Positions 24,308 to 29,906 of a DNA stretch of 29,906 nt are shown in pieces. The stretch comes from Alphaproteobacteria bacterium (lineage in GTDB: Bacteria; Pseudomonadota; Alphaproteobacteria; ATCC43930; CGMCC-115725). The position numbers were made by a program, and so were the translations under genes. Positions within the stretch are counted from its first letter, which is position 1. Each line of letters opens with the position of its first letter. Location of the stretch: assembly GCA_030039975.1 (NCBI GenBank), contig JASHUO010000152.1:1-29906 (forward strand), read 5' to 3'. The notes beneath the pieces are model-generated. The model was not told the DNA's origin and ran no database searches. It worked only from the letters and a program-made list of their open reading frames with translations.

Positions 24308-25489
24308 ATGATGTCTCCGGCCCATACCGGGCTGCTGCGGTTTCTGTTCCTCTACAGCGCGCTTTACGCCAGCTTCGGCGTGCAATCACCCTATTTCCCC
24401 GTCCTGCTCGGGAGCCGCGGACTTGGCCCTGAGCAGATCGCCCTCGTGCTGGCCGCCGGCACCGCGGTGCGTCTGGTTGCCGGGCCGGCGGCGGGGCAAA
24501 TTGCCGATCGGCGCGCCGCGCGCCGTGCCGTCCTCGCGCTCAGCGCGCTCATCGCGGCCGCGCTCGCGCCCGGTTACGTGGCACTCTCCGGCTTCTGGCC
24601 GGTGCTCGCGGTCGCGCTGCTGCAAGCGTCGGCGCTGGCGCCGCTGGCACCGCTCGGTGACGCCTTGGCGCTTGTCGCTGCGGCGCCGCGGCGAACCGGC
24701 CGCGGCTTTACCTATGGGCCCGTGCGCGGCGCGGGTTCGGCGGCATTCATCTTGGGCACGCTCTTGTCGGGCTGGGCGGTAAGCGACTTCGGCGTCGGCG
24801 CCATCGTCTGGCTCAGCGCCTTCTTGCTCGCGGCCACGGCTGGCGCGGCCGCCACAGCGCCGTTATTGCCGCCGCTCGAGCCGGCGACCCCGGGGCCCCC
24901 GGCAACGCACGGTCTTGGTCCGCTGCTGCGGCTCGCTCCTTTCCGTCGCCTGGTCCTCGTTGCGGCGCTGATCCTTGGCAGCCATGCCATGCACGATGCT
25001 TTCGCGGTGATCCGGTGGCAAGCGGCGGGCATCACGGCCGATGTCGCGGGCCTGCTTTGGTCCGAACAGGTCGCGGCGGAGGTGGTGGTCTTTCTGCTCC
25101 TCGGGCCATGGCTGTTGGATCGGCTAGGCGTGGCGCGCTGCGCGGCACTGGCGGCGGCCGCCGGGGTGTTGCGCTGGGGCGTCATGGGCGCCAGCGCGTG
25201 GCTGCCGGCGATGATGCTGATCGAACCGCTCCACGGCATCACCTTCGCCTTGCTGCATCTTGCCGCGATGCGGCTCTTGGCGGAGGTCGTTCCTGCGCCG
25301 CTGGTAGCGACGGCGCTGACCCTCTACGGCACGCTCGGGATTGGCGCTGCCACCGCGGTCATGACCCTCGCTTGCGGGCCGCTTTATGCGCATCTGGGCG
25401 CGCGCGGTTTCTGGGTCATGGTCGTGCTGTGTGTGGCCGCCCTGCCGCTCGCTTTGACCCTGCGCGAACCCGCTCGGAACCAGGCGTAA
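24308..25489 (+). CDS. MFS transporter (HcaT/3-phenylpropionate permease-like)
   Basis: PYFPVLLGSRGL, YGPVRGAGSAAF, HAMHDAFAVIRW, LWSEQVAAEV, EPLHGITFALLHL; GGGAGGA RBS. Confidence 0.88.
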   Translation: MMSPAHTGLLRFLFLYSALYASFGVQSPYFPVLLGSRGLGPEQIALVLAAGTAVRLVAGPAAGQIADRRAARRAVLALSALIAAALAPGYVALSGFWPVLAVALLQASALAPLAPLGDALALVAAAPRRTGRGFTYGPVRGAGSAAFILGTLLSGWAVSDFGVGAIVWLSAFLLAATAGAAATAPLLPPLEPATPGPPATHGLGPLLRLAPFRRLVLVAALILGSHAMHDAFAVIRWQAAGITADVAGLLWSEQVAAEVVVFLLLGPWLLDRLGVARCAALAAAAGVLRWGVMGASAWLPAMMLIEPLHGITFALLHLAAMRLLAEVVPAPLVATALTLYGTLGIGAATAVMTLACGPLYAHLGARGFWVMVVLCVAALPLALTLREPARNQA

Positions 25490-25508
25490 CGACGCACTCA
25501 TCGCCGCA

Positions 25509-25901
25509 TCATCCCGGCGGGAACTTCTTCATCACCGTGGCTGTGGCAAGCGCCTTGCCGGTGCCATCCTGGGCTTCGACAGTCCAGAGATAGCGGTGTT
25601 GCCCCTGCGGCGGACAAGGCCCTTTATAGCTGAACGCGCCGCGCGCGATGCGATCTTGCCCGTGATAGGGCACCGATCCGCCGCCATGCGTAAAATTTGG
25701 AGCGTCCAGATCTTTCAGAACGAAGCTGAGGACCTTGGTTCCGGCAGGGACGCCGCTTAAAGAGAAGGGCGGCGATTTGGGATCGAAGCACTTGTCTGTT
25801 CCCGCCCAGGTGAAATCGACCGCGAAGGGCGTCTGAGCCTGTGACACCGCGCCGCCAATCAGCAGCAACAGCGCCGAAGCCACGCACAGTCGAAGCTTCA
25901 T
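25509..25901 (-). CDS. Secreted YbhB/YbcL (PEBP, Raf-kinase-inhibitor-like) protein (130 aa)
   Basis: Signal peptide MKLRLCVASALLLLIGGAVSQA; motifs KDLDAP, YKGPCPP, HRYLWTVEA. Confidence 0.85.
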   Translation of the reverse strand: MKLRLCVASALLLLIGGAVSQAQTPFAVDFTWAGTDKCFDPKSPPFSLSGVPAGTKVLSFVLKDLDAPNFTHGGGSVPYHGQDRIARGAFSYKGPCPPQGQHRYLWTVEAQDGTGKALATATVMKKFPPG

Positions 25902-26170
25902 TCGAAGCCTCCCGGATCGCGATTGCAATGGCGGCGGCGGGCCAACGCAGGATCGCCACCCTCGTCGCGCCACAAGGCCAACGCGGTGCCTGCGGCGGTG
26001 TTCCCGACCGCACACTATAGGCTTGGTCGCGCGCCACCATTACGGAGTGGTCGTTCGACCTCGGCGACGATGTGGCGAAAAGCGAAGAACGCGGTATGGT
26101 TGTGCCGCGAAGCAGGCGGACGAGGAAGCCCGGCTTGCGCCGGTTCTGAAACGCCAGGGAGGGCCACGCT

Positions 26171-27283
26171 ATGGACTGTTGCGGTCACGGGCTGACGCGC
26201 CGACATTGGATGTGGGGCACGGCGGCGACATCGATCGGGGCGATGCTCGGCGAATGGGGAGAGCCGCGCGCAGCGACCGCCGCCACCCCCGCGCCTGACG
26301 ACGCCGCTGCCGCACGCGATGTCTTGGCGAAGTTCATCTCCGTCGATGTCCATACGCATGGCGGGACGACAGGCATCGTCTCCATGGCCCCGCCGAACGA
26401 CGACCTCCCGAACGGCATGCGGGCAGGCTCGCTGGCGGCGGTCTGCCTCGCCGATGTCCCGGACGGCCCGCTGCTCGGCCGGAACGCGGCCGGCGTTCTG
26501 ACCGCCCTGCGCCCGGCGCAACCGGGTGAGCTCTATCGACATCATCTCGAGCGCCTCTCCTGGGTGGACGAGATGGTCGCCAAGCATGGCCTGCGCCGCG
26601 TGTTCACGGCTGCCGACCTCGAGGCGGCGCATGCCGCGCGCCAGCCGGCCATCGTGGCGGATGTCGAAGGGCTCGACTTTCTCGAACTGAAGCTCGAGCG
26701 GCTCGAAGACGCGCACCAGCGTGGCGTCAGGCACGTCCAGCTCGTGCATTACACGCCAAACGATATCGGCGATTTCCAGACCGGCGCCGTCACGCATAAC
26801 GGGCTCACCCCCTTCGGGGCCGAGGTGATCCAGGCGTGTCACCGGCTCGGCTTCGTCTGCGATGTCGCGCACGCGACCGAAGACACGGTCAAGCAGGCGA
26901 CCAAAGTCGCGACCAAGCCGCTGCTCCTTTCCCACACCGCGCTTTTGAATTCGCGCGCCATGGGGCCGACGCCGCTCAAGGGGCGGCAGATCACGCCAGA
27001 CCACGCGCGCGCGATTGCGGAGACCGGCGGCTCGGTCGGCATCTGGCACTTTTTCCCGAGCCTCGACCGATATGTCGACGGCTTGAAAGAGATGGTCGAC
27101 GTCGTCGGCGTCGATCACGTCAGCATCGGCACCGATCAGCAAGTCGCTCCCGGGAGTGTGCAAAACTACGCGCAATGGGTGCAGCTCGTCGCGGCCATGC
27201 TGCACGGGGGCTTCACGCCCGAAGAGGCGGGCAAGATCGCGGGCGGCAATTACCTCCGGATTTTTCGTACTGCGGTCGCCTGA
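26171..27283 (+). CDS. Tat-exported membrane dipeptidase (peptidase M19, amidohydrolase fold)
   Basis: TRRHW twin-arginine leader; DVHTH, VEG, QLVHY, DVAH, SHT, IGTD metal-site motifs; GKIAGGNYLRIF C-terminus. Confidence 0.87.
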   Translation: MDCCGHGLTRRHWMWGTAATSIGAMLGEWGEPRAATAATPAPDDAAAARDVLAKFISVDVHTHGGTTGIVSMAPPNDDLPNGMRAGSLAAVCLADVPDGPLLGRNAAGVLTALRPAQPGELYRHHLERLSWVDEMVAKHGLRRVFTAADLEAAHAARQPAIVADVEGLDFLELKLERLEDAHQRGVRHVQLVHYTPNDIGDFQTGAVTHNGLTPFGAEVIQACHRLGFVCDVAHATEDTVKQATKVATKPLLLSHTALLNSRAMGPTPLKGRQITPDHARAIAETGGSVGIWHFFPSLDRYVDGLKEMVDVVGVDHVSIGTDQQVAPGSVQNYAQWVQLVAAMLHGGFTPEEAGKIAGGNYLRIFRTAVA

Positions 27284-27312
27284 ACCGAGCGCCAGCCGCC
27301 GAGAGGTCGGTA

Positions 27313-28101
27313 TCAGACGCTGATCCAGCCCTCGAGATAAGGCACGCAGCGTCCGGCGATAGCGACGCGCTCGCCGTTGAGCGTGCAGCGGAGCGCGCCG
27401 CCGCGGCGCGAGATCTGCCGCGCTTCGAGGCGGTCCTTGCCGAGCCGCTTCGCCCAATAGGGGGTGAGCACGCAATGTGCCGATCCCGTCACCGGATCCT
27501 CGCCGATGCCGTAGCGGGGTGCGAAGTAGCGGGAGACGAAATCGACATCGCCCTCGCCCGGCGCGGTGACGATGAGCGCGCCGTCCCGCCAGCGCTTCAG
27601 CGCGGGCAAATCGGGCGTGAGCGATGCGACCTCCTCGGCGCTCGAAAAGACGGCGAGATAGCGCCCGCCATGCCGATGGAGCTCCACCGGCCCAGCGCCG
27701 AGCACCGCGGCGAGCTCCGGCGCCGGGGCGCAGGGCTCCGGCGGCATGGCGGGAAAATCGAGCGCCAGCATGTCGCCTTCGCGCGTCACGCCGAGCCTGC
27801 CGGCCTTGCGCGTTGCAAAGCGAACCTCCCGCCGCGCCGGCTCGAGATGGTGGAAGATCACATAGGCCGAGGCGAGCGTCGCATGGCCGCAGAGCTCGAC
27901 CTCGACCGTCGGCGTGAACCAGCGCAGCGCATAGTCTTCGCCCGTGCGCCGGAAGAAGGCGGTCTCCGCCAGATTGTTCTCCGCGGCAATCGATTGCATC
28001 GTCGCTTCAGGCAGCTCCTCCTCGAGCGGCACCACGGCGGCCGGGTTGCCGGCGAAGAGCCGGTCGGCGAAGGCGTCGATCTGATAGAGCGGCAGGCGCA
28101 T
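27313..28101 (-). CDS. PhzF/YddE family isomerase-epimerase (262 aa)
   Basis: YQIDAFA..LFAGNPAAV, LAETAF, LRWFTP.VEVELCGHATLA, SRYFAP..GI.EDPVTGSAHC; start placed at ATG 28101. Confidence 0.94.
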   Translation of the reverse strand: MRLPLYQIDAFADRLFAGNPAAVVPLEEELPEATMQSIAAENNLAETAFFRRTGEDYALRWFTPTVEVELCGHATLASAYVIFHHLEPARREVRFATRKAGRLGVTREGDMLALDFPAMPPEPCAPAPELAAVLGAGPVELHRHGGRYLAVFSSAEEVASLTPDLPALKRWRDGALIVTAPGEGDVDFVSRYFAPRYGIGEDPVTGSAHCVLTPYWAKRLGKDRLEARQISRRGGALRCTLNGERVAIAGRCVPYLEGWISV

Positions 28102-28111
28102 GGGGCTCTCC

Positions 28112-29029
28112 TCACGGGGTTCGAGGGCGGGCAACAGGAGCACGCTGGGTCAAGGCGACGGCGGCGAGCACGGCGCCCGCGGCGAGCGCCATCGCAATGG
28201 TCACACGCTCGCCCAGCAGCAGCGCCGACCACAGCAAGGTCAGAACGGGCTGGGCGAGCTGAAGTTGGCCGATCCGGGCGACGCCGCCCAAGGCCATCGC
28301 GCGATACCAGGCAAAGAAGCCGATATAGGTGCTGACCACCGAGACATAAGCGAAGGCGAGCCAGACAGGAAGGCTGGCGGAGAGCCCGGTCGCGTCGGCG
28401 CGCCAGAGGACGACCGGCAGCAGCACCGGCGCCGACAACACCAGCACCCAGGAGATCACCTGCCAGCCGCCGAGTTCGCGCGCCAGCGCCCCGCCTTCGG
28501 CATAGCCGAGCCCGCCCAACAGCACGGCGATCAGGATAAGCGCATCCGCAGGCTGCGGCCGGCCGGCGCCTTCCGTCACGGCAAAGCCGAGGATCGCGAC
28601 AAGCCCCAGCAGCGCGGCGAGGCAAAAGGCCGGCGAAGGCCGCTCGCCGCTGCGCAGCGCCGCCATGGCCGCGGTCACCGCCGGCAACAGCCCGACGATC
28701 ACCGCGCCATGCGCCGCCGGCACGCGCACCAGCGCCCAGGCGCTGAACAGCGGAAACCCGAAGATGACGCCGAGCGCGGTCACGGCCAAGCGTGGCCAAT
28801 GACGCGGCAAGGGCAGTTTCTGGCGCGTCGCCACGAGCATGACTGCTGCCGCGCCGGCGGCGACCAGCGCACGGCCAAGCCCGACCAAGGTCGGATCGAG
28901 CTGGGAGACGGCAAGCCGCGTTGCCGGCAGCGTGAAGGAGAAGGCAAGCACGCCCAGCGCTCCCCACAGGATCGCAGCGCGCGGGGCACCGGCTCGCGAA
29001 CTTGTACCGATACAATTTTCGGCCGCCAT
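28112..29029 (-). CDS. EamA/DMT family transporter
   Basis: GVLAFSFTLPATRLAV, SGERPS, YAEGGALARELGGWQVISW, FFAWYRAMALGGVARIGQLQLAQP; about 10 TM segments. Confidence 0.93.
   Translation of the reverse strand: MAAENCIGTSSRAGAPRAAILWGALGVLAFSFTLPATRLAVSQLDPTLVGLGRALVAAGAAAVMLVATRQKLPLPRHWPRLAVTALGVIFGFPLFSAWALVRVPAAHGAVIVGLLPAVTAAMAALRSGERPSPAFCLAALLGLVAILGFAVTEGAGRPQPADALILIAVLLGGLGYAEGGALARELGGWQVISWVLVLSAPVLLPVVLWRADATGLSASLPVWLAFAYVSVVSTYIGFFAWYRAMALGGVARIGQLQLAQPVLTLLWSALLLGERVTIAMALAAGAVLAAVALTQRAPVARPRTP
29002..29015. promoter_or_regulatory. Inverted repeat TTGTA-CCGA-TACAA, candidate MocR operator inside the EamA 5' coding region
   Basis: Perfect 5-bp arms in an AT-rich patch; resembles the TTGT...ACAA palindrome at the regulator start. 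Confidence 0.5.
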
Positions 29030-29082
29030 CGCTCAATTCCCGATCTTTTGCACGGAATTCGAAACGCACCCCTTGAATCAAT

Positions 29083-29111
29083 TTGACGATCGACTTGGCG
29101 TCAATGATAAC
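29083..29111 (+). promoter_or_regulatory. Candidate promoter of the MocR gene (TTGACG-N17-GATAAC), likely leaderless or very short leader
   Basis: -35 at 29083-29088, -10 at 29106-29111, ATG at 29121, no SD. Confidence 0.45.
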
Positions 29112-29127
29112 ATTGTCATCATGACAA
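29102..29127. promoter_or_regulatory. Overlapping inverted repeats CAATG-ATAA-CATTG and TTGTCAT-C-ATGACAA (MocR autoregulatory operator candidate)
   Basis: Both are seen directly; the second is a perfect 7-bp-arm palindrome spanning the start codon. Confidence 0.55.
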
Positions 29128-29906
29128 GCTGGCTGCCTGATCTCGCAGCGCTGCGTGGGCCGCGCTACCGCGCTATCGCCGAGGCCTTGGCCGAGGATGT
29201 GCGGAGCGGCGCTTTGCCGCCGGGTGCGCGGCTGCCGACACACCGCGACCTCGCCTGGCGCCTCAAGGTCACGGTCGGCACGGTGAGCCGCGCCTATGCC
29301 GAGGCGGAGCGGCGTGGGCTCATCGCCGGCGAAGTCGGCCGCGGCACCTTCGTGCGCGCCGCCGCCGCGGCGCCGGCGCTCCGCTTCGATGGCGAGCCGC
29401 AAGGCGATGATGTCGTCGATCTCGGCGTTCACCGCCCGCGCGCCGCCAGCGAGGCGAAGCTGCTGGCCGAGGCCTTGGCCAGCCTTGCCACCGACCCCGA
29501 CCTGGCGCAGCTCATGGAGTATCAGCCGCATGCCGGACGCGCGGCCGAGCGCACGGCGGGAGCCGCGTGGATCGAGCGCAGCGGTGGCCTTGCCACGGCC
29601 GAAGAGCAGGTGGTAGTGACGGCGAGCGGCCAGCACGCGATCGCCGCCATTCTCGCATCCATCGCCGAGCCCGGCGACGGGCTCGCCGTGGAGGCGCTCA
29701 CCTATCCCGGCATCCGCGCCGCCGCGAGCCTGCTGCATCTGAAGCTCGTGCCGCTGGCGCTGGACGAGCATGGCGTGCTGCCGGAGGCCCTCGCCGCTGC
29801 CTGCCGCGCCGGGCGGGTGCGTGCGCTCTATACGCTGCCGACGCTGCACAATCCGACGACCGCGACCATGCCGTCGGAGCGGCGGCGCGCCCTCGCCGAG
29901 GTGGCG
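29121..29906 (+). CDS. MocR/GabR-family regulator (GntR wHTH plus PLP aminotransferase-like domain), truncated by window edge
   Basis: Not in the ORF track. Manual translation: MTSWLPDLAALRGPRYRAIAEALAEDVRSGALPPGARLPTHRDLAWRLKVTVGTVSRAYAEAERRGLIAGEVGRGTFV...TASGQHA...VEALTYPG...LYTLPTLHNPTTAT. Confidence 0.95.
   Translation, partial: MTSWLPDLAALRGPRYRAIAEALAEDVRSGALPPGARLPTHRDLAWRLKVTVGTVSRAYAEAERRGLIAGEVGRGTFVRAAAAAPALRFDGEPQGDDVVDLGVHRPRAASEAKLLAEALASLATDPDLAQLMEYQPHAGRAAERTAGAAWIERSGGLATAEEQVVVTASGQHAIAAILASIAEPGDGLAVEALTYPGIRAAASLLHLKLVPLALDEHGVLPEALAAACRAGRVRALYTLPTLHNPTTATMPSERRRALAEVA

Noticed and set aside
25902-26170. GGCCAACGC repeated twice and small stems in the PEBP-dipeptidase spacer
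   Set aside because: Short GC-rich matches without regular spacing; not CRISPR-like and not clearly structured.
201-29849. Many long overlapping or antisense ORFs (e.g. 201-1910 +, 4599-6080 +, 12407-14209 +, 14335-15762 +, 17177-18535 -, 22274-23872 -, 27858-29849 -)
   Set aside because: Arg/Ala/Pro-rich shadow frames of well-supported genes, expected in high-GC DNA; no recognisable motifs.
1-29906. tRNA, rRNA, CRISPR array, transposase, integrase or phage genes
   Set aside because: No cloverleaf or rRNA signatures, regularly spaced repeats, or DDE/tyrosine/serine recombinase motifs were seen.

Overview
GC-rich alphaproteobacterial chromosomal segment (gene order suggests Rhodospirillales-like; inference) with 22 supportable CDSs and no rRNA, tRNA, CRISPR array or transposase. 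Left to right: a minus-strand cysE-iscR-nifS-like-iscS-iscA Fe-S operon (no iscU at its usual position; window edge at 1) divergent from a conserved alpha/beta-hydrolase; a 1794-aa type Va autotransporter whose passenger starts with a complete ParB/Sulfiredoxin-like (ParBc_2) domain; a minus-strand serC-serA-hisZ-purA-MFS run preceded by a SerC leader RNA; MHS-family MFS and DoxX; tartrate/D-malate dehydrogenase plus MaoC; a degenerate DUF892 ferritin-like gene next to a dense hairpin array; ppc plus an MFS; a secreted YbhB/YbcL protein; a Tat-exported M19 dipeptidase; and a PhzF-EamA pair divergent from a MocR regulator cut by the right edge. Best novelty candidate: the surface-exported ParB/Srx-fold autotransporter. 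Next: a probable AUU-initiated MFS coupled to purA, the IscU-less isc operon whose IscS lacks its C-terminal IscU-binding tail, and an intergenic multi-hairpin element. All family calls come from motif recognition by eye; no database search was run.
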